Shown: piece by piece, positions 24,516 to 36,067 of the stretch
Numbering within the stretch: the stretch's first letter is position 1
Layout of the letters: each line of letters starts with the position of its first letter
Made by a program: the position numbers and the translations under genes
Origin: Oculina patagonica
Taxonomy: Eukaryota
Reading direction: 5' to 3'
DNA length: 64,000 nt
Assembly: GCF_052425735.1 (NCBI RefSeq)
Contig: NC_135761.1
Location: 33,480,001-33,544,000, forward strand
The notes under the pieces: model-generated
Seen by the model: only the letters and a program-made list of their open reading frames with translations
Told to the model about the DNA's origin: nothing
Database searches by the model: none

Positions 24516-24794
24516 AGGTAAGTTATCAACAGGCTGGGAATTCCCGCACGAATGTAAAACGCTTATCCAGTGCTAGTCTACAGGGCTTTGAATTATATTT
24601 CTGTTTCAATGTTTTAATGGATTTCCATCAAAATGAAGATATTAATTATTAATTATAAAAGAAGAGATTAAGGTGAAAAGGGTGAAGGATCAATGGCTAA
24701 GAGCTTTGCCAAATTTGCATTTTTAGAGAATGGTTTCTCGCCTCCAAGTGCTTCTGGTCAAAATGAGAATGGTTCCTTGCCTACAAGTGCTTCT

Positions 24795-24957
24795 TTTCGT
24801 TTATTTACTCGATTTTGCGCCTTGAACAGTCAGCAGCTGAAGCAATTTTAGGTTTGACTCTAACAGCATCCAATTATGAAGCAATAGAAATTCTGAAAGG
24901 TAGATTCGGCAATAGGCAGCAAATAATCAATCCTCACGAGATTTTGCTGAACCTTGA
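24795..24957 (+). mobile_element. BEL/Pao gag (DUF1759) fragment
   Basis: SAAEAILGLTLTASNYEAIEILKGRFGNRQQIINPHEILLNL. Confidence 0.8.
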
Positions 24958-25540
24958 CGTTTAGGGGTGATATCTTTAATGTTCCTTATTTTATTTTCTC
25001 GACAGCAATTCACAAAATCGAGCTACTGTTGTAACTCTTGGCGACTAAAATTGAGAAGAAGGATTGAAATCCTGAGCTTAATTCAGTGACTAGAATTTTT
25101 CACTAACAACCAAACTCGAGGGTTGGTTATGAAAATTTAGTGTAACACAAAATAATGTTTTTGATTTATTGACATGTAGGATGTCAGCATTTTGAGTGTC
25201 TCTTACCAAAATCCAAGCATGTTCAATTTGTATGTACACAACAAAAAGATTCAAATTTATCCCTAATTAATGAATAACTTGTACCATTAATGGATTATTT
25301 GAATTACAAAAATAAAAGATTTGTCATGGCTTAGATTCCTACTGTGTGGTAAAGTTCAAATATTGACAAATATGCTGCCAACTCCACAGAAAATTAAGTG
25401 TAACATTTTTAGTGGTATTGGATACTGTAGATCTATAACTGCATATTAAGCAAAGCTACAGGAAAATACATGTATTACCATATTTTCTCAATTAAATGCC
25501 CCTTGAAGGTAAGGGAAAGTTACAAAGAAAGCCCTTTTCT

Positions 25541-26165
25541 ATTATTAGAGATAAGGCATTCAAACCGGCAAACAAAGTTCTTGATGCTTCACTGAAAGAT
25601 CTTGCGCAACTGAGGTTGATTTTGTCAACTTAGCACAAGCGCTTAATTTTGAGTGAGGACCTGGAAGCTCTTTACGCCGCAAACCAACTCAGTATTGATA
25701 ATCCTGAGAGTCTGGTTAATACAACATGGTTTTATACATTTCTTTACTTTGGCAAGAGAGGCCGTTAAAGCCGAGCCTGATGAAACTAGGTGACTTACAG
25801 CTGAAAACAACAACTGGTGGGCTGAAGTACTTCGTCCAGAGTGAAAGAGCAACGAAAAATCATCCTGGTGGTATTAACGACAACGAAGACAAGACTCAGT
25901 CTGCGATTATGGCATGGCCAGAAAATCCCCGTTATCTGTGACTTGCTTTGAGAAGTATTTGGCGAAAAGGGAGCCATGATGCATGCCCTGTAGCAACAGC
26001 CAATAACCACAATGCGAGTTCATTCTGTGTCTGACGAGATCTGGTATTGTAACATGCTGATGGGTAAACACAAGTTGGAAAATCTGCTCACAGACATTTG
26101 CAGGAAAGCTGGTCTTGCACTTATCTACACTCCCCATTGCATTTGTGCTACATCGGTCAACAGTT
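25541..26165 (+). mobile_element. Crypton-type tyrosine recombinase (DUF3504-like) remnant
   Basis: IIRDKAFKPANKVLDA..DNPESLVN..ISLYFGKRGR..ERATKNHPGG..WYCNMLMGKHKL..ICRKAGL..YTPHCICAT, showing the R, K and decayed H-x-x-R catalytic positions. Frameshifted. Confidence 0.85.
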
Positions 26166-26859
26166 TAAATCATCCGCGATTGAAAGTGGGTTTATCACAC
26201 AGCAGAACTCAATTCAGCCTGTACATCCAGCTGTTTCTCTTCAAACTACTCCATCCTTTTCAGCCACGTCCTCTGCCGCCATTCAGCAACAATCCACTTT
26301 CAATGTGAACCATTCTGCTCCAAACTTCGCAAATTCTGTGTTCATGGCTGTAATTTCTTTTTCAGTCCACCCAAGGACAACGGAAATGATTTCATTTTCC
26401 CCCAAAACTTTTAACACGTTATTTGACCGTTTCTTTGAAAAGAGCAATAGTAAAATTATTATAAAAGCGCAGAGTTTTCAATTTTTTGATCTAGAGGGCG
26501 TTGCAAGAGCATGTATGAGATGACAATCTGTCAAAAAGTTTTAATCCAATAACAGTTTGAAGAAAGTAAATTCAATGGTACTTGATTACGTTATTTGCAA
26601 TCGTCATCCAATCACTGGCTTTTTTTCTTTCAAGTGCTTTATGAGACATCGCATATAACAATACCTTGACACTGGTTGAAAGTATCCCCCTTCCGGTTCA
26701 CCTACTATGAAAGTGGCCCCGTGGTTTAATGTAATTTGTAGCTCAAACAACTTTACATTCCTTAAGAATGTTACTGCAAAATAAACAGTATAGTTTGTTA
26801 ATAAGGTGAGGATGGCTGACATGGAAGATGTCAAAGGTATTTCTTCCTCGCACTTCGCT

Positions 26860-27480
26860 AGTTAAAGCATGTTTGGCTTCAATACAAGAAGATCCATGTG
26901 CAATCAGACTTCTCCTCTGGATTAAAGCTACTATTCGTCTCTGGCAGACCTATGCAGCTCTAAGAGGCGTTTTGGGATGCCATTGGGCCCATAGTAAAAA
27001 AATATGTCGGAAGAAAGAGATGCAACCTAAACTACTCTCTCCTTGTGGACCACCCAGTTAAGTCCGAACCTCCTCTTATAGTAGCCAAGATGATTCCCAA
27101 TGATCACTTTATGTCCTCACTTCAGTTTTTCTTGTCATGCTTTCGTTATTCAGAAGCTCTGCTGTTTGGACATAAAAACATTTGTTGCCAAGAGTGATGA
27201 AAAGCGACTTCAGCCTTGTTTTTATCCTAGCTGCTTTAAAAGAATTCAACGGCGAGAACTTGTCTGATTTTCTTGAACGCGCATGGCGCATTGCAAACAG
27301 GAAGAATTAGGAAAAGGACGTCAGATTGGTAGATGTCCATGTATGCACAAGCCATCTCTTACGTAGAATCTACATTTGTGTCAAGACTCTTGTCACCAAC
27401 AAAAAGCGAGTTCCATTCATCATGCATAGTATAGCAGTCTGTGCTAATGCTACCTCAATGTCACAATTTACAGAATATTA
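26860..27480 (+). mobile_element. Mutator-like (NOF/FB-type) transposase remnant
   Basis: IQEDP..LLWIKATIRLW..(W)DA(I)G..; FLSCFRYSEALLFG..KSDFSLVFILAALKEFN..FLERAWRI..VHVCTSHLL, with DxxG, SDFS and CxxH motifs. Confidence 0.6.
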
Positions 27481-28186
27481 AATTCCCAGTTCCGATTTTT
27501 CACTTCTGGTCATCCATCAACTAAGTAGCCATGGCTACCTGTTGTGACGTCATTTGATGAGTACCTGGCAAAATGGATCTATACTAATTGATAAAACTAC
27601 TCATTGTATTGTGGAAAAAATTATGGAGATAATATTAAGTATTGATTTTCCTGTAAACTGTTTATTAAGAAATTATGCAAATGAATACTTAGTTATATTC
27701 TCAACCCAGGTCGGAAAATTGTACCAGCCCAAAATTGGAAAACATTTTCTTCAAACCTTTTTAGTACGCCTCATTAAAGCACTAAGAAGTCCTTTTTAGT
27801 ATTGATTCTATGGCAGGAGCTGGATAAAAAATAAGCCACACAGTCATTGCTTGTGCTTGTGGTGGTGGGTTGTTCTCTCTTCTTCTCTCTACTGTAATCT
27901 GTTCTGCGCAAGCCATTCTGTGGTATTTTTTGGCAAGTGAGAATGCAATGTTCTTTAACCCCCCGGCCACGGCCAAAAAGGCCAAAGAAAAAAAAGGTAT
28001 GGTTTAATTTACATCCAGCAGTTGTTAGAAAACTTATTAATAGGAAAGATTAATTGATATCAATGTCACTAATAATAATGTCACTATACATCTATATGTA
28101 TAATTTAGTTAATGACAGCAGAACAAAAAATAAAGGTAGCTTCATTGTTCAAAGGTAGACTAGTAGAGCCATTGTGTGAGAAAATA

Positions 28187-28276
28187 GGCTTGTACTAAAA
28201 CCCGAAACAACGAAACGAAACCACCGAAACAAAACCACCGAAACGAAACCACCGAAACAACCGAAACGAGCGAAAG
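28187..28276. repeat. CGAAAC-rich short repeat cluster, probably the subterminal region of a DNA transposon
   Basis: Multiple cgaaac/accaccgaaac units directly visible. Confidence 0.75.
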
Positions 28277-29252
28277 CCCCCTAACTCTTCCATCTTCACA
28301 ATGATTATCATTTTCCTTTCTTTCATAGATCATGATGTGAAGTGCTTTAGATGTGGTGGGGGGGGGGCACAAAAAACACCTGTGCCCAACCCCCGGCCAA
28401 GGCCAAAAAGGCCAAAGGAAAAAAAGGTTAGAACCCCCACCCTCGGACCTAATTTTTTAATAGTAATTTGAAGGAAAACATTTTGTATGCTGTATTATTT
28501 ATATAGTTTGTAAAATGACTTGTAGACTAAGCATATGAAGAACATGTAAGGTTATTTTCTTTGCAAGGTCCTTAAAATATTAATGTTTTCCTTCAAAGTT
28601 AAAATATGATTCATTGCTTCACTTGCTTATATGGAGCTTATTACCAATATCCCAAGTAAAGATTTCCAAGCCGGAAATCTGTTAAGAGAAGTTGACCATG
28701 AAGTTTCCAGAACATGATGGTGATGATGACCATTATGACAATGACACACTAGGTTAATTAATGTATGAAAGTGTACTTCTAGCCTTTGTCTTGAACACTC
28801 ATTTTGTTTGGTATACACTTTGAATTCACCTTGTGCACTTACTATTAAAGTTGAAAAAAAACACACAGAATGTTTATCTTGCATCAAGGTAAAATGGAGT
28901 TAGGTGTTAGAAAACTAAACTGCAAACAGCAAAAGGAGTATTTAGTCTGTGGTTTTTTAGGTTTGCTCATCCTGGAATTAATTGTGATTTTCACTCCACA
29001 ATAAATGTAACTATTAAAGTGTTCTCAATTTGAAATTAATGCCTTCAGTTGCTGACTCTTACTCTCACCAAACAGTTGTTATGATTGGAAGCTACTTAAG
29101 ATATTTGAGTTTTCATTGTAAATCAACTTTATTGTTATCATATAAATGACACCCTTAAACTTCCCTTAAGCTGCTTTGACTTTGACCAATTGAAAGGTGG
29201 GGGCACTTCAGACTACATGGATATTAGTAACATGGTGTAACTTATTTCCTAG

Positions 29253-29844
29253 ATGACGATGATGGATAAGCCTTATTGGCATTGACCAAAAAGTTCGGGT
29301 GTGAACCTATCATTTACTTCATCGATAAGGTAAAGTTATAAGATAGCACTAAGTCTTAACAATAATTTCATTATTATTGAACAGGGTGATTGTTTCCATC
29401 AAAAACAGCTACATGGAAAAACCTTGATGTTGTATTGTGAACCTGTGAGCATACTTCACTTGTGTAGGTTCTCATGTACATATATCGTTTTCGTCTTAAT
29501 TATATTCCTAGACTACAGAAAGTGATCTTGGAAAATTTGCAGTGGGAAAAGTACCAAAATCATTTAACACAAGCCAGCCTTGGATAATGTGTCACATTGA
29601 CACCGCTGATGACATCCTGCAGTTCTTTATTGTCAAAGAAAGGAGGGACACGGTACACCTAGAATTGGAGCTGAATGAATCTTTTCAAGACGCATTGTAC
29701 ATGCTGATGTGTGTGCATTACACTTACAACATTGTGTATAAAACAAGTCAAAAAATGTTTTATGTTTTTGTTGAAGAATTTTGCATTGGGGTGCAGAAAA
29801 CGTCAAAGTATAGAAAGTTAGTTCTTGAGGTATTCGGTAATTAG
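29253..29844 (+). pseudogene. Last two exons (29253-29329, 29512-29844) of a SAMD3-like accessory ORF typical of animal EnSpm-like elements
   Basis: Phase-0 splice ..IIYFIDK|TTESDLG..; C-terminus SFQDALYMLMCVHYTYNIVY..MFYVFVEEFCIGV; a stop in the first exon. Confidence 0.55.
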
Positions 29845-30779
29845 TTTCAGGTCAGCATATGCATAAATGTACATTGATGGTTATCTTATTGTTACTATTA
29901 AAATTTCGTGAGTACAAATAGCGTAAAAAAAAACATTCCGCAAAATCTAAACACGGCCAATACATATTTAAAATCAAAACAATAATTTTAAATGCTTAGA
30001 ATTACAACTTTCTACTGGCGGTAGACAAAACACTGGCCCCAGTTCATGGTCGACCATGGACTTACATGAAGAACTACTCAAATGGCTACCCTAAAATGGC
30101 TTGAAAAATTCCGTTTTTTTTTTTTTTTTCAAAAATTAAAAAAAAAAAAATGCCAACATTCATTGCCAACCAAGGTCCAACGAATTAGGACACAAATGTA
30201 AATTAAGTTTTCTTTACGGGTCTGCCATCGAGTGTCAGTCTGCACAACACCATTTCAAGACATTCTAAAGCCATTGAAAAGCAAGCTCCTCCCGTGCACG
30301 AGTCTTCTTTTTTTAAGACAACAGGTGTATATGAAATAGTGTAATATTCAAAATAGCGGCGAGAATTATTGTCTTAAACAAGGGACGTACGCGTACAATG
30401 TGAGTATAACAGCAGCCCAGTAAATGGTTTTCACTTGTAGAAGTATTGTAAGGGGCAGTCCGTTTTTTAAGGGTAGTATATTTTAGGCTAGTCCATTTGG
30501 GTGTTCCTTCGAGGTAGTCCATGATTGAGGGCATTGTTTGCAATTGTACACCACCGTCACCAATTTGTATGTTTCAAGCAGTTCTTTAGTATTTGATGAC
30601 GGATCCATAAAACACTAAAAATTCTCAAAATACAATACACTTTTGCTCTAATAATTCTTGCAAATAACGAAAAAAATTATGTTATCAAAAGTTGACAAAA
30701 TTAAGGCTATTCCATTTTTTATCCACATCCCCTTATTGTTAAGGTAAGACAATATTTACCACCTAAGAAAAAATTTATC

Positions 30780-31181
30780 AGGAAGAATAGAGAAAATCAA
30801 ATCAAACGAAAAAGCTAAACACGTAAAAAGAATCCAACAACCATCAAGAAGATAACTCTACAACATGGCCATTACTTCAGAAAACGCATAAACAACCTTT
30901 CATTGAATCTTAAGAATTTCCTTCACCATCTTCAACTTCGAACCAATTTATGGCCCTACAACACTGCTCTTCTTCTAGAACACAAACAAAAACTTCTAAG
31001 ACTATCTGTACTACAAGATGAAAAAGATAAATTAACCTCAACTAATAAAATCCACAATTTCACATACCTCAACCTTCCAAACGACTTCGTCCAACTTCTT
31101 AACAAAGGCACCAACTTTATACCTACCTCAGAAAAATGCAGCATCCAGTCAATAAAGAACACCATCTCAGAAGTAAATTAA
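30780..31181 (+). mobile_element. Penelope-like element N-terminal region
   Basis: IHNFTYLNLPNDFVQLLNKGTNFIPT matches the N-x-S/T...L-x-KG-x-NF-x-P motif upstream of PLE RTs. Confidence 0.7.
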
Positions 31182-31796
31182 TCTGCAAACTTATCACGAC
31201 ATCTGGAAAGACTTGCATACTTGTAAATGCTCAGATGATGTTGCGAGGTTTCTAAGTTCCTTGAAAGACCTTCTGATGAGCAAGCAGAGAAAGCAACACA
31301 TGTATTTTAAGAAGATAACCGTGCAATTGGAAAAAGGAGGTGGGGGGGGCCCAAGAAAATTGGGGGGTTTTTGTTGGGGGGGTAAAGGTGGGGTTGTGGG
31401 GGGAGGCACAATTTGAAAATTGTGTTTCCGGGGAAGAAAATAAAATTTCCAGGTGAGGTTTTGACGTTTCAGAGTCGAGACAGTGGCATTTGCGACGGGA
31501 TTAACTGTCCTGCTCCTGCCAAATTACACCTAAAGTCATACTGTAAAGTCATTTCACTCTGGAACCTGTCCAAATCTTTTAAGAACGGCAGCCAAGGCAC
31601 ATTTTTGGATTAACAGAAATCAATGCTAGCTGTTGATTTTTTTGTTTTTTTTTTTTTTTTTGTTTTCTTCCCGGTTGTACTGGTAATTTTTATTATTTTA
31701 AGCATATATTGGTAGTAGTAAAGGGCGGAGATATAGCGAGTAGCCAATTACAGAGCAGTATTTTTTTAATGGACCAATCACAAGCCAGGATTTGAT

Positions 31797-31905
31797 TCAC
31801 GTGGTCTAATTGCATAATCGGTCGTGCGAGCTATGACTTCACAACTCCCAAAGTGGTCACGTGACTAATTTGCAATCGGCAATTGACCTATGACATCACA
31901 ACCCC
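31797..31905. repeat. Two degenerate 60-bp units, each with CACGTG and TGAC(T/A)TCA
   Basis: tcacgtg..ctaat..gca..atcgg..ctatgac.tcacaac at 31797 and 31857. Confidence 0.7.
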
Positions 31906-32029
31906 AAACCGCACAACCACGACCACAACCATGACCACCCGGCCATCAAGGACTGGTAACTAGTAACCAAATGGCGTAAGTAAGTAGCCCCTATGTGTGG
32001 CGTGGCTATGGCTTGGAAGGTCATGATAT

Positions 32030-32450
32030 CACACTAGAGCTTAAGAGAGTTCTAGATAAGAAATCAGGGAAGACAAATACAATTATCCTCAAGGGTCCCT
32101 CAAACGCGGGAAGACCAAAATTGCAAAAAGTATCAAATTCGGGTTTCCTACATAGGCGGATCTCAGCCAAGGAATTAATAACAATTTCTGGCTCGAGTCT
32201 GCATTGGGCAAAAGGGTGATTGCACACGATGAGGCAAAGTTCTAAGAAGAGGGGCAAGAGGATGTTAAAAACTTATGGAAGGAATAGCCATGCAAGTCCA
32301 CAGGAAGGAATTACCCAACGCTTATTTGAAGCGCACACCCTACATAATCCCTACATACATACACACTTGGCCCTGGTGTCGCTTCATGCAGGAGGAGCAC
32401 GTCAGAGCATTCCGCAATAGGGCATACATCGTTCAGTGTGAAGCGCCAGG
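32030..32450 (+). pseudogene. Endogenous parvoviral element: NS1/Rep SF3 helicase domain
   Basis: With two 1-bp frameshifts: LKRVLDKKSGKTNTIILKGPSNAGKTKIAKSI..GINNNFWLESALGKRVIAHDEA..EDVKKLMEGIAMQVHRKE..LKRTPYII..RAFRNR. Walker A, Walker B, motif B', motif C and the arginine finger are in parvoviral order. Confidence 0.82.
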
Positions 32451-32547
32451 GCAAACTCGCGGATGGGGGAGATCTAGATCCACATGTACGGCTGGACATA
32501 CTCCATTATACCAGGTAATAGGGTATAAAATATGGTAATATGGTATA

Positions 32548-32675
32548 ATGGTATAAAAGAGGGTGGAAAAGGGGGTGTTTGGGTTGTAAAGAATGTGGAG
32601 GCATAGCCAGTGGTCCAGTGATAGCATTTTTTACTGTTTTGAACTGGCCAAGTAATTTGTTACACAAGTTTTATG
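32548..32675. repeat. Dispersed repeat, copies at ~34820-34951 and partial ~34985-35020
   Basis: aaaagagggtggaaaagggggtgtttggg...gcatagccagtggtccagtgatag...gaactggccaagtaatttgttacacaagttttat is shared. Confidence 0.85.
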
Positions 32676-32869
32676 TTTACTTTCAGCGTTCCAGTGATAC
32701 TGCAGTGCTTTTAAGCGAGAATGATATTAGGGCAGTGGAAAAACTTGTTTTCAAAGTTGTGTGTAGAACCACATCCATTCAAAAGATGGACACAGAATTT
32801 AATTCCTATAGTGTGGACCTGGAATCTGTGTTAGTGTGGGCAAATAGAGAGCAGCGACTATTCTCCTCT

Positions 32870-33390
32870 GATAACGAAAGTGGCTATAATTTTATTTACT
32901 TTTTTTTTAATTGATTATTTAGTTTACTTTATTCAAAAAGTTTGCTGTTTAAGAGTTATGGCAATCAAATCAATGAAATTAACTATGTTATATTCAAACC
33001 AGTTAGTTTTAATGTAATATTGAGTCTAGAATTGTCTTTTAGGTGTACAGGTTTACGTGATGACCTGACATTTCTTCTGGAAGAAGAACTCAGCAGTATC
33101 AATCTTTGTTCTCTTCACTGTGAGATGAGAAACTGCGAGCAACTGCTGGGGTCATTGGGACTAGTTGCCTACCACATGGGCTCTCAGGATGAGCTTAACA
33201 AAGCTTTGTCTGACCATGGACCAGAAAGTCGTAAAGGGTTGCCAAGGGTAACAATAAAACTGACACCTGGTCAGCAGACAGAAGTTGAAAGGAAAAACAT
33301 AAAAGTGACACCTTTTTCTGTTTTTTTTTGCTTGTTTAGTTTAACTTTTGAAGAATATCACAGCATTTGATTTTTATGTGCAACCACAAG
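32870..33390 (+). pseudogene. Duplicated intron plus exon (33043-33320) of the RAG1/Transib-like gene; paralog at ~37718-38200
   Basis: Near-identical sequence at both sites. The exon reads CTGLRDDLTFLLEEELSSINLCSLHCEMRNCEQLLGSLG... Confidence 0.75.
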
Positions 33391-35029
33391 AGAAATTTTA
33401 TTGGTGGGGGAGCCTCACAATAACCCATTGACATAAATCAGTCTTTGTTATGTGTTATTATGTATTGAAAAAACTCAATTTAAAAATTTTGTTGACTAAC
33501 TAGTGTGAAGTCCAGCAAGACCCTTGCTTGCTATGCAGCTGGACTCCAAATAACAGTTTTTAAAAAGGTACAGATTCTGCCCACGTATATAAACAATTTT
33601 ATCTGTTCAAACTGTTGGAACTGATTCACTAAACATCAAAGTTAATCTCTATTTCAGGTTTTATACTATGATACCGGCACATATCGTATATGACACAACA
33701 ACTCATTTTTTCTATAACTCGTAGGTCTGCATAGACTGGAGAGATATTGCGTCTAAGGCTCTGTTTAATAAAAAAAATAAGTGCCTTAGTAAGGCAAAGA
33801 TTAAAAGCCAAGCTCCTATCATTTTGCAGGAGAGCTTGATATTCTCTTTATTGCACACAATTATTAATTTGGGTTAATTATAACCTTCAGTTTTACAATA
33901 ATATGCTGTCAGTAATCTTTTCCATATACAGCCAAGTATTTTTAATTCTTAACCACTCTGTACTGAAGAAGCCCCTGTGTGTTTAGACTTACATGCAGCT
34001 ATATATAATCATATGTATTACTTGCTGGATACGGTATCCGGATAACTCGCCCCCAATCTGGACAGTTAGCCCCCTACCTTATCCTGTGTTTAAAAGATGA
34101 AACTTGTAACACCTCTTCTCTCTTTTTATAATCTACTTTAGTTGCTTATACTCTGAAAAGGTCGCCATATTGAATACGAAACACTTGAACCCAGGCTATC
34201 AGAGCCTAAAAGCTGAAGTTTTCTCTCTGTGAGTTAAACTTGCTAGATACTAAAGCGATTGAATTTAAAGAAATAATAGAGCAATCAAATCACCCATGCC
34301 TTAGCATTGAAAAAAATGAAAAAATCTTGCATTTGCAAACTTGACCGCTTTGATGATTGACTTGAATGATGAAGAGCTTTATTCAATCCCTATGAAGAAT
34401 ATTTTTTTTTAAAAAAAAATGATGAAGAGCTTTATTTAAACCACCCATGCAAAAGAACTAAACAATCTTGCTTTCGCAAACTTGACCGCTTTCATGAGCT
34501 CTTTCATGAACTCTGAGTTATATCCTCGGGTTAAATCTAAGTTCATCCAAAAGCTTAATCAAACGTTCTTTTCATTTTAGATTCTAAAGCGATCGACTTA
34601 AAATGATGAAGAGCTTTATTCAAATTCATTTTCAACTGGGCAAGTAATTTGTCACACGAGTTTTATCTATATCTGGTGGTTTTGGCTTTGTCAAAACGCT
34701 TAATTTGTGACACATCCCCCTAGCATAACTCGTGTCTTTTCACACTTGAGTCAGGTTTCTCATCCGTCATACCAAGTTCAGCATCGTCTCTAAGGTCAGT
34801 TGTGGTTTCTCCTCGCTAGAATGGTAAAAAAGAGGGTGGAAAAGGGGGTGTTTGGGTTTGTAAAGAATAGTGGAGTTGCATAGCCAGTGGTCCAGTGATA
34901 GTATTTTTTACTGTTTTGAACTGGCCAAGTAATTTGTTACACAAGTTTTATCTATATCTGGGATAAATCTTAGCTTAAATGCTAGAATGGTGAAAAAAAA
35001 GGGTGGAAAAGGGGGTGTAAAATCGGTCC

Positions 35030-35501
35030 ACTGTGGGTTTTACAGGTATTTCTGAAGAGGCATATCACGCTGCTGTGTGCCGACATCTTGTGGTATTGCG
35101 CATCTTGTCTCGGAGACCCCATTGCAGAGAGCACAAGAGATGGAGAAACTTTAGCAGATATCCTTAGGTCTTTAGAGTTTAACCCACCTTTGGACGTGTT
35201 AGCAGACTACTTTGATCAGTCTACGAAGGTCCGGGTCCAGTCTACTGTTGCAGAATCCGTCACCACAGAGCCTGAATCATTGGTGTATGATCCCCCGGTC
35301 CAGCCAACGTTTGACGAATCGACAATTGAGGGACCAACGCCTCAGCCAGTGGGGGTGGATTACCAGCTGCCAACGTTCCAGATTGTGGAGGGGGCCAGCG
35401 AGAGGGGCAAACGAAAACTGATCAACAGCTGAGGATTTAGCTATAACAGTAAAAGCCAGCACCTTACAGCTACAGACTGGCAATGCACTCTGCAACCTCA
35501 G
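35030..35501 (+). mobile_element. PHD-finger end plus FLYWCH start, 5' part of a MULE-type gene
   Basis: WYCASC, then an acidic linker, then IVEGASERGKRKLINS*GFSYN....TDWQCT, ending at CAG|GTAAGT. Confidence 0.65.
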
Positions 35502-36067
35502 GTAAGTTATTGATTAGTTGTACATTTTTATGAAAATGCGAGGGTTAGCAACAAAAACATGCAATGATACCTCTAGAAAGAATTTACAGCCCAATCACTG
35601 AGTGCTAGTCATAACAGTTTATTGTATTTTAATCGATAACAGTAAGTATAGAAATGTGATTCTAGATGTAACTTGACTATGATATATTGCTTCCTGGCAA
35701 TGATTACAATTTTTTCAGTGCATACTATTTTGGGTATATAATAATACTCTGTTAATATTTTTTTCTTTAATCATCCAATTTTGATGTTGTGTTATATTGA
35801 CTTGTTAATACCGGAACAAGAGACTGCAACAATAAAACCTGCCGCTACAAGTGAGTATTGACCTACCTATAACTAGTCAGAGCTCCAGTTTGTCAAATAT
35901 ATACTACAGTCAACTCTCTTTGAACATCCCACTATGACAGACAATTACTACCATTATTCAACAAATTTGTGTGAAGCCCATATATCATCAGAGAGTAATT
36001 TCCTTTTATTGCGAAGAAAAATAAACCCTCCTCCCCTTTACAATTTCCAAAAAAATGAACACAAAAA

